Below are positions 46,386 through 59,772 of a stretch of 64,000 bases of DNA, one piece after another (the stretch's first letter is position 1; each line of letters begins with the position of its first letter). Source of the stretch: Chromatiales bacterium (GTDB lineage: Bacteria > Pseudomonadota > Gammaproteobacteria > UBA6429 > Thiohalophilaceae); NCBI GenBank assembly GCA_027032075.1, contig JALVOC010000172.1:16434-80433 (forward strand). The letters are read 5' to 3'. Under the pieces are notes generated by a model that was not told the DNA's origin, did no database searches, and saw only the letters and a program-made list of their open reading frames with translations. Position numbers and translations under genes: made by a program.

Positions 46386-48270
46386 CCGGCGCTTCCCCTT
46401 TATAGACTGGCAACGAAATCCGCAAGGTGACACCTTGCGCATCATGGCGGACTAACTCAATCCTCCCCCCATGCGACTCGATGATGGAGCGGCTGATGGA
46501 CAGGCCAAGACCAAGCCCGTCCGGCCTGGTGGTGAAAAACGGATCGAAAATGTGCCTTGCAGTCTCTTCGCTCATACCCGGTCCATGATCACGGATTTCG
46601 ATCACAACAGTTTCATCCTCAGCGACGAAGGTCGTGATCTCGAGTATGCGCTCATACGGCTCTGTTTCCTGCATTGCCTCGGCGGCATTACGCATGAGAT
46701 TGAGAATAACCTGCTCCACCTGGATCATTTCCGCACAGACAGGGGGCAGGCGTTTCGCCAGCGCAAGTTCGATGCGGATATCACGCTTGCGCGCTTCACT
46801 GGAGAAGAGTTCCAGCGCCTCTTCCACTGCCTTATTCAGATCCACATCGGTACAACTCACGCCCTGCTTGCGCAAAAAGCCACGAAAACGCTGGATGATG
46901 GTGCCGGCGCGTTCCGCCTGCGTCACGATATGCTGATGGACGTCGATGAGTTCCTGGGGACCGATTTCACCGCTCTCCAGCCGCAAGGCACAGCCCTGTG
47001 CATAGCTGTTAATCGCGGAAAGGGGCTGGTTCAGTTCATGCGCCATGCCGCTGGCCAACTCGCCTACCGCACTGACACGTGAGACGTGAGCCAGTTCGGC
47101 CTGATGCAGGTGGGCCTGCTCTTCAGCCCTTTTGCGCTCATCCATCTCAATCTTGAGTTTGCGATTGGCATCGGAAAGCTGTTGGGTACGCAACGTTACC
47201 AGATGTTCCACCCGGGCCATGTGCCACAAACCCCAGAGCAGTGCGAACACAAAAATCACGATCCACTGCCAGTAACGGTCCCACAGTTGTTGCCAGGTTG
47301 TTTCCCGCATCCAGCGATAAGGCCCTATTTGCAATTCCCGGAACAGTTCATGCACGGGCTGGTAATCCATGGGGATGGTCCAGCCTCGGTAACCGTTGAT
47401 GGGATCGGTTCCGCTCTGGGCGGGCATCGCCAACAGTGCCTTGGCAACATTCTTGGCCAATGTATTGGACGTGGAACGCAGTTTGGCCAAAGGCCAGTTG
47501 GGATAAAGGCGGGTACTGGCCTGACAGGAAAAACCATCATGATACTGCCGGTTCAGCACCCGGAAAGCTTCCAGTTTGATTTTACCCTCCTGCGCCATCC
47601 CCTCCAGCAGGCACGCCCGCAACACCCCTGCGTCCACCTGACCGTTAAAGACCGCATAGGCGATATCGTCCTGGGGAAAGCCGTTAAAAAGCAGGCGATC
47701 CAGATCCGTAAATGGATCGATTCCCTGTAATTTCAATTCGCGCCATGCCACCTGAAAACCGCCAAAGGCATGCTCGGAAACCGCCATCAGGGATTTGCCG
47801 CGCAGATCGGCGAGTGTTTTCAAATCCAGCCGGTCACGCCGTACTACAATGGCCGAACCGATGCCGCTTTCCGGTCCCAGGGAACTGCCTGGTTCCAGTG
47901 TGACAATACGGCTCACCCCGAAGTCCGCCTCCAGTTCAACATAATTGCCCGGATTGGTAATAATGAAAGCAAGTGAGCCTGTTTCGATTGCTCGACGCAT
48001 TTGCGGCAGGCTCAGCGGCTGCATGCGAAATCTGTTCTTTGTTAAAGCCGTGTTCAGGTAATCAATCGTGGGTTTCCACATCAATCTGGCGTGCTGCTCG
48101 CCACGATAGGCCAGCACACCGATTGTGATTGTCGAAGCAGCGCTGTCGCTGGCAACGCGCCCGGGGGGCAAAGCCGCTGTTTCTGCAGAGGCAGAGGGGT
48201 GAGCAAAAACCGGCAGGAACAAACCGGGCGCCAAAAAAAACCACAGCAACAAAAACAAACCAATTCGCAT
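46378..48270 (-). CDS. ttrS: Sensor histidine kinase with periplasmic PhnD-like solute-binding domain, TtrS-like
   Basis: Signal peptide, ~300-aa periplasmic PBP-like domain, TM, H-box (MAHELNQPLSAI), and ATPase motifs (DHGPGM, GLGLGLSISR). Confidence 0.72.
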   Translation of the reverse strand: MRIGLFLLLWFFLAPGLFLPVFAHPSASAETAALPPGRVASDSAASTITIGVLAYRGEQHARLMWKPTIDYLNTALTKNRFRMQPLSLPQMRRAIETGSLAFIITNPGNYVELEADFGVSRIVTLEPGSSLGPESGIGSAIVVRRDRLDLKTLADLRGKSLMAVSEHAFGGFQVAWRELKLQGIDPFTDLDRLLFNGFPQDDIAYAVFNGQVDAGVLRACLLEGMAQEGKIKLEAFRVLNRQYHDGFSCQASTRLYPNWPLAKLRSTSNTLAKNVAKALLAMPAQSGTDPINGYRGWTIPMDYQPVHELFRELQIGPYRWMRETTWQQLWDRYWQWIVIFVFALLWGLWHMARVEHLVTLRTQQLSDANRKLKIEMDERKRAEEQAHLHQAELAHVSRVSAVGELASGMAHELNQPLSAINSYAQGCALRLESGEIGPQELIDVHQHIVTQAERAGTIIQRFRGFLRKQGVSCTDVDLNKAVEEALELFSSEARKRDIRIELALAKRLPPVCAEMIQVEQVILNLMRNAAEAMQETEPYERILEITTFVAEDETVVIEIRDHGPGMSEETARHIFDPFFTTRPDGLGLGLSISRSIIESHGGRIELVRHDAQGVTLRISLPVYKGEAPDE

Positions 48271-48405
48271 TTTGTCTTTTTACGTGAAAATTCGCCGCGG
48301 GTACAGTTTTTTATAAACACTTTTGCTATATGCACTTTCCCTTGAGCTTGCGCTCCTTATTAGACGTTCAGGGAGGGACGGATCCGGCCGGTGTAATGAA
48401 AAAAG

Positions 48406-50178
48406 TCAGGCAAGACGGTCAGAATTGGCTGCCTGTGCAGCAGGCGAATCAACATACAGCCCGCCCAGCACCAGGCCATCGAGCCTGGCCTGCACGGCAG
48501 CGCTGAGCGATTCCCCGGCGGTGCGGACGATGGGCTCTTCGTGCATGTTAAAGGAGGTGTTGATAACCGCGGGAATACCGGTCTTCTCGTAGTAACGACA
48601 AAGGATGGCATGCATCTGAGGATTGTCCTGTTTGTATACCACCTGCGGGCGGGCAGTGCCATCGATATGAATCGCGGCGGGGATCTCCTTTTTTGCCCGT
48701 TCGCTGGCATTATAGGTAATGGTCATAAAACGCGCCGCATAGTGATCATCACGATAGTCGGGAAAATACTCGCGCGCATGTTCGGCCATGACCATCGGTG
48801 CAAACGGCATGAATTCTGAACGCTGCAGCTGATCGTTAAGCCACTGGTTGATAGTGGGATCATCGGCACGCGCAAGAATGCTGCGGTTTCCCAATGCCCG
48901 CGGACCGTATTCCATGCCGCCGTCCGCACGTGCCAGCACTTTACCCTCTGCCAGGGCGGTGGCGATTCGTTCCACCAGATCTGTCTCACGCAGATCTTCA
49001 TAAGCAAACCCTGCCTGCGCACACGCCTGCCTGGCCGCTTCACGTTCGATCTTCGTTCCCAGATAGACATGGGGAAGATATCTCGGTTTCCAATCGCCGC
49101 GGCTTTTCGCATCGGCATACAAGGCGGCACCGGTACACAGGCCGGCATCCCCCATATTCTGGTGAATATAAATGTTACTGACTTCCGGCAATTCGAGAAT
49201 GCGCTGGTTCAGTTTGACATTGGCAAACAAACCACCTGCCAGCACCAGCGGCAAACCGGCCCAATCAGGATGGTCACGGTAGATACGTTGCACTTTTTTG
49301 CAGATCAGTTCTTCGACAAAATCCTGCAGCGCAGCGGCAACCGCTTCGCGCGATTCGCCTTTGAACAACTTATCCAGGTGAGGATGTTTCTTGCGCGACA
49401 CGTCCATGACAAAACCGGGGATATCCCACCAACCGGTACGTTCATTCCAGTAACCGTTGGCATCGAAGCGTGACCGCAATTTTGCCGGATCGTCAAACGC
49501 CGCCAGTCCGAGCACTTTGCCTTCGTGGCGTAATGCCTTGAAACCAAGCAGCTCGGTGATACGGCCATAGAGTAAAGCCAGGGAATGGGTCTCCGCTGTG
49601 GATTCAACGAAATACATGCCCTTGTCCGCTTCCCCGATACCGACAAGCCCGGCACCACCGGCCGAATCAGAGCCGTCAAGACTCAGAATCACGGCCCGTT
49701 CGAAAGGCGAACACAAATAGGCAGTGGCGGCATGGCTGTGATGATGTGCCACCCAGTGTACGGGACACCGCTGTAACGGTTTGGGCGGTACACGCCTGTG
49801 ATGAAACCTGGAGGCCAGAATGGGGGAGGAACGGCGCAGAAACTGGTAGCTTCGGCCAAACATACTGACACGGGTCGAAATATGATTTCCCGGCCGGATA
49901 ACTTCCTGCCAGCAGGTCCGTGCCTTGCCCCGCATCTCGATTGTTGCCGGTTGACCGGCAAAGGCTACCTGATCGATATCGGCGTAATCGATCGCGGCAA
50001 TTGCAAGAATTTCTTCAATTGCCCCGAACGGAAAACCATTGTCGATCTTGACCCGGCTGATGCGTTCTTCATTGATTGCCGCCAGCAATTGCCCGTCTTT
50101 TACCAGCGCCGCACCGGTATCGTGGAAGGTCACTTTCGGCCGATCAGCAGAAAACCCCCAAAGACCCAGTGTATACAT
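48406..50178 (-). CDS. Carbamoyltransferase, NodU/CmcH family
   Basis: N-terminus LGLWGF...FHDTGAALVKDGQLLAAINEERISRVK and C-terminus SFNMHEEPIV are typical of the family. 590 aa. Confidence 0.85.
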   Translation of the reverse strand: MYTLGLWGFSADRPKVTFHDTGAALVKDGQLLAAINEERISRVKIDNGFPFGAIEEILAIAAIDYADIDQVAFAGQPATIEMRGKARTCWQEVIRPGNHISTRVSMFGRSYQFLRRSSPILASRFHHRRVPPKPLQRCPVHWVAHHHSHAATAYLCSPFERAVILSLDGSDSAGGAGLVGIGEADKGMYFVESTAETHSLALLYGRITELLGFKALRHEGKVLGLAAFDDPAKLRSRFDANGYWNERTGWWDIPGFVMDVSRKKHPHLDKLFKGESREAVAAALQDFVEELICKKVQRIYRDHPDWAGLPLVLAGGLFANVKLNQRILELPEVSNIYIHQNMGDAGLCTGAALYADAKSRGDWKPRYLPHVYLGTKIEREAARQACAQAGFAYEDLRETDLVERIATALAEGKVLARADGGMEYGPRALGNRSILARADDPTINQWLNDQLQRSEFMPFAPMVMAEHAREYFPDYRDDHYAARFMTITYNASERAKKEIPAAIHIDGTARPQVVYKQDNPQMHAILCRYYEKTGIPAVINTSFNMHEEPIVRTAGESLSAAVQARLDGLVLGGLYVDSPAAQAANSDRLA

Positions 50179-50264
50179 CCCTGTTCCCCATTTTAATTTA
50201 CAAATACCTTGTTCTTTTTTTATACAACAATATCGATTCCCATCGTAATTCGAACAAACCGGAT

Positions 50265-52780
<2,516 letters not shown>

Positions 52781-52808
52781 GATTGCGGAAATATAAAGGT
52801 TGGTAACT

Positions 52809-52997
52809 TCAGGAACTGAAGATGTAAATCAAGATTGCGCCGGTCGCCATACTGATCAATCCCCACATACGTAAAAAGCGATCATCCATATTACTCAATG
52901 TTTGCATTGTTTTTCGATAACCCCGTGGATTCAAAGCTGGCAACAGCCCTTCTATCACCAACAACAGGGCAAATGCCAGCAGAAACACCTTCCACAT
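52809..52997 (-). CDS. DUF2065 small membrane protein (YjeT-like)
   Basis: 62 aa, two hydrophobic helices. Conserved position just downstream of hflC, as for E. coli yjeT. Confidence 0.75.
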   Translation of the reverse strand: MWKVFLLAFALLLVIEGLLPALNPRGYRKTMQTLSNMDDRFLRMWGLISMATGAILIYIFSS

Positions 52998-53043
52998 AAA
53001 CTATAACCGTTTCAGAAAAACCGGATTCAGCCCGCCACGGATA

Positions 53044-53919
53044 TCACTTGCGCGCGGGGTTGGACTTCTTGAAATATTCAAAAAATTCTGAATCCGGTTC
53101 AATAATCAAGACATCGCCTTTTGACTGAAATGAAGACCGATAAGCAGACAGACTGCGATAAAAAGAAAAGAATTCCGGATTTAGCTTATACGCCCTCGCA
53201 TAAATTTCCGAAGCCTTGGCATCGCCATCACCACGGGTTTCCTGTGCCTGTTTGTATGCCTTGGCCAGTATCACCGTACGCTGGCGATCGGCATTTGCAC
53301 GAATTTTTTCCGCCGCCTCTGCACCACGGGAACGTAAATCCTTGGCAACCCTAGTGCGTTCCGCTTCCATCCGTTGGTAGACAGATTCGCTGATGGTTTC
53401 AGTAAAATCGATCCGCTTGACCCGCACATCCACCACCTCGATACCAAAACGGTTGAGTTGTGCATTGGCAATTTTGGTCATGTTATCCATGATGTGGCGA
53501 CGCTCGCCGGAAATGACTTCCTGAATACTGCGGTTACTGAATTCACCACGCAAGCCATCGTTGATGGTGGTGTAAATACGATCTGCCGCGGTACGCTCAT
53601 TACCAGACATGGATGTGTAATAAGCACTCACATCCTTGATACGCCATTTTACAAAAAAGTCGACATTGACGTTTTTCTTTTCTTTCGTCAGATAGTTGGC
53701 AGGCCGCGCATCCAGTGTGAGAATACGTGCATCAAATTTCCGCACGTTATTCACCAACGGCATTTTTACATGGATCCCTGGTTTGTAATCCGCCTTGACG
53801 ATTTCACCCAGACGGAACTTGATCGCCAGCTCACGCTCACTGACTGTAAAAACGGATGCAAATCCGATAAACAGCACCAGGGCGGCTATCACAATACCTA
53901 TAATTTTACTTGTGCTCAT
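53044..53919 (-). CDS. hflC: FtsH protease modulator HflC
   Basis: SPFH/band-7 protein with an N-terminal TM, directly after hflK. Confidence 0.92.
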   Translation of the reverse strand: MSTSKIIGIVIAALVLFIGFASVFTVSERELAIKFRLGEIVKADYKPGIHVKMPLVNNVRKFDARILTLDARPANYLTKEKKNVNVDFFVKWRIKDVSAYYTSMSGNERTAADRIYTTINDGLRGEFSNRSIQEVISGERRHIMDNMTKIANAQLNRFGIEVVDVRVKRIDFTETISESVYQRMEAERTRVAKDLRSRGAEAAEKIRANADRQRTVILAKAYKQAQETRGDGDAKASEIYARAYKLNPEFFSFYRSLSAYRSSFQSKGDVLIIEPDSEFFEYFKKSNPARK

Positions 53920-55089
53920 TTAACGTACCTCCCTTGTGCGCAACCGCTCGCGCTCGCGCTGGCGCAACGTTTCCGGTGGTGTCCGGGGTGAAGACACTGT
54001 TCCGGCGGAAGATTCAAAATTTTGATAATCCTGCGGATGGCTTTCACCCCGCATCAATTTATCCACCGGCAAATACATCAGGCTGTTTCCCTTTTCGACA
54101 TCCACCATTACCTTGTTGGATTTGCTGAATACTTCCTCCATGGTTTCCAGGTACAAACGCTCACGCGTCACTTTGGGTGCCTTGTTATATGCCTTCAACA
54201 CTTTTATGAAACGGTTGGTTTCACCCTCTGCCCTGCTAACCACTTCTTCACGATAGGCTTCCGCTTCCTGGATCATGCGCGCCGCTTTACCGCGGGCTTT
54301 CGGTAACACATCATTGGCATAGGCTTCCGCTTCGTTAGTTATGCGCTGTTTGTCTTCCCGCGCCTTGATTGCATCATCAAAGGCTGCCTGCACCTGGTGT
54401 GGTGCCTGCGCGTTCTGCATATTCAGTTTCACCACCTGGATACCCACCTTGTAGCCGTCCAGAATTTCCTGAATCAGCCTTTCGGCTTTGGCGGCGACCT
54501 CTACCCGCCCTTCGGTAATAACGAAATCAAGTTTGCTCTTGCCCACGATTTCACGCACGGCGCTTTCCGTCGCCTGGCGCAGGGTGGCATCGGGATCACG
54601 TACCTCGAACAGGAAGTCACGGGCATCCTTTACCTTGTATTGCACCGTAAACTTGATATCAATGATATTTTCGTCCTCAGTCAACATCAGGGATTCATCC
54701 GCGACCCGGCCCAGATTGACACTGCGCACACGGTCGACATCCACAATATAGACAGTCTGGATAAAACGCGGATACCAGTGAGGGCCCGGATCCGTGATGG
54801 TTTTAAAGGCACCGAACTGCAACACCACCCCTTGCTTGCCCTGATCCACGATATAGATTCCGGACAACGCCCAGATTGCCAGGAGAATGGCAATGACAAA
54901 AAGCAGGCCGAAACCACTCCCGCCACGGTCTGCGCCACCACCCTTACCTCTGCCTCTACCACCAAACAACCCGGCAAAACGATTTTGCAATTTACGGATC
55001 ACCTCATCCAGGTCAGGCGGACCCTGCTCGTTTTTTCGGGGTCCCCAGGGATCCTTGTCCCCTGAACCACCAGGTTCGTTCCAAGCCAT
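53920..55089 (-). CDS. hflK: FtsH protease modulator HflK
   Basis: Trimmed to MAWNEPGGSGDKDPWG (canonical HflK N-terminus). SPFH domain. Confidence 0.92.
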   Translation of the reverse strand: MAWNEPGGSGDKDPWGPRKNEQGPPDLDEVIRKLQNRFAGLFGGRGRGKGGGADRGGSGFGLLFVIAILLAIWALSGIYIVDQGKQGVVLQFGAFKTITDPGPHWYPRFIQTVYIVDVDRVRSVNLGRVADESLMLTEDENIIDIKFTVQYKVKDARDFLFEVRDPDATLRQATESAVREIVGKSKLDFVITEGRVEVAAKAERLIQEILDGYKVGIQVVKLNMQNAQAPHQVQAAFDDAIKAREDKQRITNEAEAYANDVLPKARGKAARMIQEAEAYREEVVSRAEGETNRFIKVLKAYNKAPKVTRERLYLETMEEVFSKSNKVMVDVEKGNSLMYLPVDKLMRGESHPQDYQNFESSAGTVSSPRTPPETLRQRERERLRTREVR

Positions 55090-55164
55090 TGAGTTCTCCA
55101 CGGATTGTTAAATTGAAAGATTGTTGTTGAATGAGTTGTTGTTCGACTTCGCAAAGCTTCAATT

Positions 55165-56487
55165 CTATGGGGCTTCACTCCCTACCGCAAGACGTGAATG
55201 TGTCTTTGGGGTGAGAATATACTGCTGCAGCGCATCCCGCTTGTTTAACGCATGCCAGTCGCTCTTGCGCAACTCGACCTGCATGCGCCATCCACCCTGC
55301 GCATCGCATTCATCCTTCAGTACCGTGCCACACTGGTGCAATCTGGCATGCAAGCGCCCCGCCTCGGGTGGCAGATACAAACTGTATTGCCGGATGTCAT
55401 GATGGATAATTTCAGCAATGGCACCAAGGAGCGCCTCAATCCCCGCGCCGGTTTTCGCCGAAATCCACACCCGTTGCGGACGGCCGGACTCATCCCGTTC
55501 CACACGGGGTTCGGCCCGTTCCACCAAATCCAGTTTGTTATATACCACCAGCTGGGGGCGGTTGTCGGCATCAATTGCCTTTAAAACCTGATTCACCTGC
55601 TCAATATTGGCTTCCCGTTGCTCGCTGGAGGTCTCCACGATGTGCAGCAGCAGATCCGCATCGCGGGTTTCCTGCAAGGTCGAGCGAAACGCCGCCACCA
55701 GATCGTGGGGGAGATGGCGGATAAATCCGACCGTATCCACCAGCACCATCGGAAACCCTCCAGGCAGATCCACCCGGCGCAGAGTGGGGTCCAGGGTGGC
55801 GAACAGTTTGTCGGCCGCCAGCACCCCGGCCTCGGTCAAACGGTTAAACAGGGTGGATTTTCCGGCATTGGTATAACCGACCAGTGAGACTGTCGGCATT
55901 GACGCCCGCTTGCGGGCACGCCGGCCCTGATCGCGCTGACGCCCGACTTTTTCCAGCCGGCGCTTCAACAGGCGAATGCGATCGTTGATGAGACGGCGAT
56001 CGGTTTCCAGCTGGGTTTCCCCCGGACCGCGCAGACCGATCCCCCCTTTCTGCCGCTCCAGATGGGTCCAGCCACGCACCAGGCGGGTGGAAAGATGCCG
56101 CAGCTGCGCCAGTTCGACCTGCAGCTTGCCTTCATGGGTGCGGGCCCGCTGGGCAAAAATGTCCAGGATCAGACCGGTGCGATCCAGTACCCGGCATTTC
56201 AGCAGCCGCTCCAGATTGCGTTCCTGAACCGGGCTCAGGGTATGGTTGAACAGCACCAGTTCCGCGCCGCTTTGGTTCACCGCCTCGCGGATCTCCTCAG
56301 CCTTGCCGGAACCGACAAAGTAGCGGGAATGGGGTGCATGACGGGAACCCGTTATCGTGGCAACAGGAATGGCGCCCGCGGAGACAACCAGGTCCCGGAA
56401 CTCGGGCAGCTGCTCACTCTCTGCTTCAGCGGGTAACTCAAGGTGTACAAGAACAGCCCGTTCACCACCTTGTGGGCGTTCAAACAA
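55165..56487 (-). CDS. hflX: Ribosome-associated GTPase HflX
   Basis: G1 motif GYTNAGKSTLFN, DTVGF, NKLD. Position between hfq and hflK. Confidence 0.93.
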   Translation of the reverse strand: MFERPQGGERAVLVHLELPAEAESEQLPEFRDLVVSAGAIPVATITGSRHAPHSRYFVGSGKAEEIREAVNQSGAELVLFNHTLSPVQERNLERLLKCRVLDRTGLILDIFAQRARTHEGKLQVELAQLRHLSTRLVRGWTHLERQKGGIGLRGPGETQLETDRRLINDRIRLLKRRLEKVGRQRDQGRRARKRASMPTVSLVGYTNAGKSTLFNRLTEAGVLAADKLFATLDPTLRRVDLPGGFPMVLVDTVGFIRHLPHDLVAAFRSTLQETRDADLLLHIVETSSEQREANIEQVNQVLKAIDADNRPQLVVYNKLDLVERAEPRVERDESGRPQRVWISAKTGAGIEALLGAIAEIIHHDIRQYSLYLPPEAGRLHARLHQCGTVLKDECDAQGGWRMQVELRKSDWHALNKRDALQQYILTPKTHSRLAVGSEAP

Positions 56488-56534
56488 TCGGTACCACCCT
56501 CGGTACTTCCAGTTGCGTCATCTTGCCTGCTAAC

Positions 56535-56780
56535 TCAGATATTGCCTTTGGTGATTTCATCAGCCATTGGCAGTTTGACGTTGCGTGCCGGGACCACAGT
56601 CGAAATGGCGTGTTTGTAGACCATCTGGCTGACGGTGTTTCTCAGCAATACCACGAACTGATCAAAAGATTCGATTTGTCCCTGAAGCTTGATTCCGTTT
56701 ACTAAAAAGATCGAAACGGGAACGCGCTCTTTCCGCAGCGCATTAAGAAATGGGTCCTGTAAGGATTGCCCTTTACTCAT
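56535..56780 (-). CDS. hfq: RNA chaperone Hfq
   Basis: [46 protein letters not shown] (Sm1/Sm2 motifs). Confidence 0.97.
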   Translation of the reverse strand: MSKGQSLQDPFLNALRKERVPVSIFLVNGIKLQGQIESFDQFVVLLRNTVSQMVYKHAISTVVPARNVKLPMADEITKGNI

Positions 56781-56860
56781 AATTATTATCTCCGCAAAGT
56801 ATTGTTTTCGCGTCGGCGTAATGTAAGTGTAACTTACTGACCGTTATTAAAAAACTCCAA

Positions 56861-57841
56861 TCATCCTGGAAACTGCTCCCCGGGATTGTCCTGCTTGTAT
56901 AAGGCCTGTTTAACATAATTCAAGGCCTTCCCAACCAATCCCTTTTCCAGACTGTCCAGGTGGGACACCCCAACTTCCGCCCTTAACCAGGTCAGCTGCC
57001 GCTTGGCGAGCTGCCGGGTGGCAATTATCCCCCTTTCCACCATTTCATTATAGTTCATCGCCCCGCTGAGATACGCCCAAACCTGCCGGTAACCCACGGC
57101 CCGCAAGGCCGGCAAGGCCGCATGGAGATCCCCGCGGCGCATCAGCCCCTCCACTTCCTCGATGAACCCCTCTTCCAGCATGGCGCGAAACCGCATGGCA
57201 ATCCGCTCATGCAGCACAGAACGTTCAGAGGGCATCACAGCAAGTTTGATCACCCGGTAGGGCAAGGCTGGTGACGCAGGTGCCTGGTGTAATTCGCTTA
57301 ATGTCATTCCGGTTATTTCAAACACTTCCAGGGCACGCTGAATACGCTGCGGATCGTTGGGATGGATGCGTTCGGCGGAAACGGGATCAACGGCCTGCAA
57401 CCGCCGGTGCATCGCGCTCCAGCCCGCTTCGGCCGCCTCCTCCTCGAGACGGGCACGGATTTCCGCATCGGCGGAAGGCAAGGTGGACAGGCCGCTCAAG
57501 AGGGCGCGGTAATAGAGCATCGTTCCCCCAACCAGAAGAGGGATACGCCCCGCAGCGGTGATTTCCGCCATCTCACGCAAGGCATCATCCCGAAAGCGGG
57601 CAGCCGAATAGGCCTCGGCGGGATCCAGGATATCAATCAGCCGGTGCGGCGCACGCGCCAGTGTCTCCGCATCTGGCTTTGCCGAACCGATATCCATGCC
57701 ACGGTAGATCATCACCGAATCGACACTCACAATCTCCACGGGCAAGGCGTCCACCAGAGCCACCGCCAAATCCGTCTTGCCCGCCGCCGTCGGCCCCATC
57801 AGGCAAATTGCCGGAGGGAATGCTGCTTCAGGTTCACTCAT
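56861..57841 (-). CDS. miaA: tRNA dimethylallyltransferase
   Basis: Trimmed to the ATG at 57841. P-loop [11 protein letters not shown]. Upstream of hfq. Confidence 0.93.
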   Translation of the reverse strand: MSEPEAAFPPAICLMGPTAAGKTDLAVALVDALPVEIVSVDSVMIYRGMDIGSAKPDAETLARAPHRLIDILDPAEAYSAARFRDDALREMAEITAAGRIPLLVGGTMLYYRALLSGLSTLPSADAEIRARLEEEAAEAGWSAMHRRLQAVDPVSAERIHPNDPQRIQRALEVFEITGMTLSELHQAPASPALPYRVIKLAVMPSERSVLHERIAMRFRAMLEEGFIEEVEGLMRRGDLHAALPALRAVGYRQVWAYLSGAMNYNEMVERGIIATRQLAKRQLTWLRAEVGVSHLDSLEKGLVGKALNYVKQALYKQDNPGEQFPG

Positions 57842-57872
57842 GATTAAATCCGCCAAATTCCACCGGCCGGTG

Positions 57873-59639
57873 TCAGGAAAAGAGCCTGCGCAGCTCTGCT
57901 TCCCCCAGGAGGCGCACAAACGGCTGCTTAAACGGGGTACCGTGACTGAAGCTGTCGAGCCAGTCGAATAACGGCGGCATCTCCGCCAACTGCCATGCTT
58001 CGCTACGAAACTTCACTGTCAGGCGGCTTAAACTTGCCACCACATCGTCATCAGGCATGTCGCTCAGTTGCGCCAGCTCGCCCAAGAATGCCGGGATCAA
58101 TTGTTCCAGCTTCGTTTGCCGCAATGGGGGCGGCATCTGCCGCAGCATCACTGTGACCGCACCACTGCGCTCCAGTTCCAGGCCAACCCGGAGTAACCAC
58201 TCACAACGGGCCTCGACCCACTCCGCCAATACTTCCCCCACCGGCAGATTTTCCGGGATCAATAGAGGCTGGCTGACAACCCGCCCATCCCGGCTGATTT
58301 CCTCCTGCCACTGGCAGCTCAGCCACTTCTGCTGCATGGCGGGGATATCCACCACTCCCAGTCCGTTAGGGTGTTCGAACAGCAGGTAGCGGTCATGGAT
58401 GATTCCCAGCATCCGGCCAAGAGCCGGTGACGGCTCCTGCGCAGCCGCGGGCGTCCGACGGCGATAGGCGGGAGAAATATCCCCTAAGCGGTTCACCCCT
58501 GTTTGGGGGGGGCTATCCCCGCTTGAACCCTGCATGCGCCGGGGAACCTGAGAGGGGGCGGGTTGATGCCAGGCCAGTTCCTGCCGCGCATAGGGCAATG
58601 ATGTCACTTCACCCCTGCTGCCCAGCGCCTCCCGCAGACTGCGGGTGAGAAAATCGTGCACCAGCCTGCCCTGCTGAAAACGCACCTCATGTTTGGTGGG
58701 ATGAACATTGACATCCAGCTCTTCCGCGGCCACCTGCAGGTAGAGTACGTAAGCAGGATGGCGGCCGGGATGAAGCATGTCAGCAAACGCCTGGCGCAGC
58801 GCGTGACTCACCAGGCGGTCACGGATGATGCGGCCGTTGACAAAAAAGTACTGCAGATCAGCCTGGGGACGCGCCGCCTGCGGCAATCCAACCCAGCCGG
58901 TCAGCAACAGGCCGCTGGCACGGCAGGACAATTCCACCGCCTGCTCCGCAAAGGTGCGGCCACACAGTTTTTGCAAGCGTTGTGCCCTCACCGCCGCATC
59001 GCTTGCCTGCGGGAGGTTAAAAACCGTGCGTTGATTGTGTTTAAGGGTGAATGCCACATCAAAGCGGCTTAACGCGATGCGCCGCACCACATCCTCACAA
59101 TGCTGAAATTCAGTCCGTTCACTGCGTAAAAAATGGCGTCTTGCCGGGGTGTTGAAGAACAGCTCCTGCACATTCACGCTGGTGCCCGGCGGATGGGCAA
59201 CCGGCACCGGAGGTTCCGGCTCATGCCCATGACTGCCGCAGAGACTCCAGGCGGAATCGGCCCCGGCATGGCGGGAGATGAGCTGCAACCGCGAAACCGA
59301 GGCAATACTCGCCAGGGCCTCACCGCGAAATCCCATGCTGGAAATGGCCGTGAGATCCTCCATCCTCCGGATCTTGCTGGTGGCATGGGGCGCCAGGGCC
59401 AGCAGCAACTCATCCGCCGGAATACCGCTGCCATCGTCCTGCACCCGGATCAGCTGCATGCCGCCTTTGGCCAGGGTGACGGTGATACGGCCGGCGCCCG
59501 CATCCAGGCTGTTCTCCAGGAGTTCCTTGACGATGGAAGCCGGCCGCTCGACCACTTCCCCGGCAGCAATCTGGTTGGCCAGATGTTCGGGCAGAGGGCG
59601 AATGGGCTGTCGGCGGGATTCAAGGTTGGGTTGCGGCAT
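57873..59639 (-). CDS. mutL: DNA mismatch repair protein MutL
   Basis: GHKL ATPase N-terminus: [26 protein letters not shown]. 588 aa. Confidence 0.93.
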   Translation of the reverse strand: MPQPNLESRRQPIRPLPEHLANQIAAGEVVERPASIVKELLENSLDAGAGRITVTLAKGGMQLIRVQDDGSGIPADELLLALAPHATSKIRRMEDLTAISSMGFRGEALASIASVSRLQLISRHAGADSAWSLCGSHGHEPEPPVPVAHPPGTSVNVQELFFNTPARRHFLRSERTEFQHCEDVVRRIALSRFDVAFTLKHNQRTVFNLPQASDAAVRAQRLQKLCGRTFAEQAVELSCRASGLLLTGWVGLPQAARPQADLQYFFVNGRIIRDRLVSHALRQAFADMLHPGRHPAYVLYLQVAAEELDVNVHPTKHEVRFQQGRLVHDFLTRSLREALGSRGEVTSLPYARQELAWHQPAPSQVPRRMQGSSGDSPPQTGVNRLGDISPAYRRRTPAAAQEPSPALGRMLGIIHDRYLLFEHPNGLGVVDIPAMQQKWLSCQWQEEISRDGRVVSQPLLIPENLPVGEVLAEWVEARCEWLLRVGLELERSGAVTVMLRQMPPPLRQTKLEQLIPAFLGELAQLSDMPDDDVVASLSRLTVKFRSEAWQLAEMPPLFDWLDSFSHGTPFKQPFVRLLGEAELRRLFS

Positions 59640-59772
59640 GGAACTAGCTTAACCAAAACCCCTTCGGCCGCAAAGGGAGAGCGGGTGTTAAATCAAACAG
59701 GGGTGAAAAGCGTGTTTTCAGGCAGGCCGAGGCGGGGAAACAGGAACCCCCCAGGCGCGGTGAACAAGGCAA

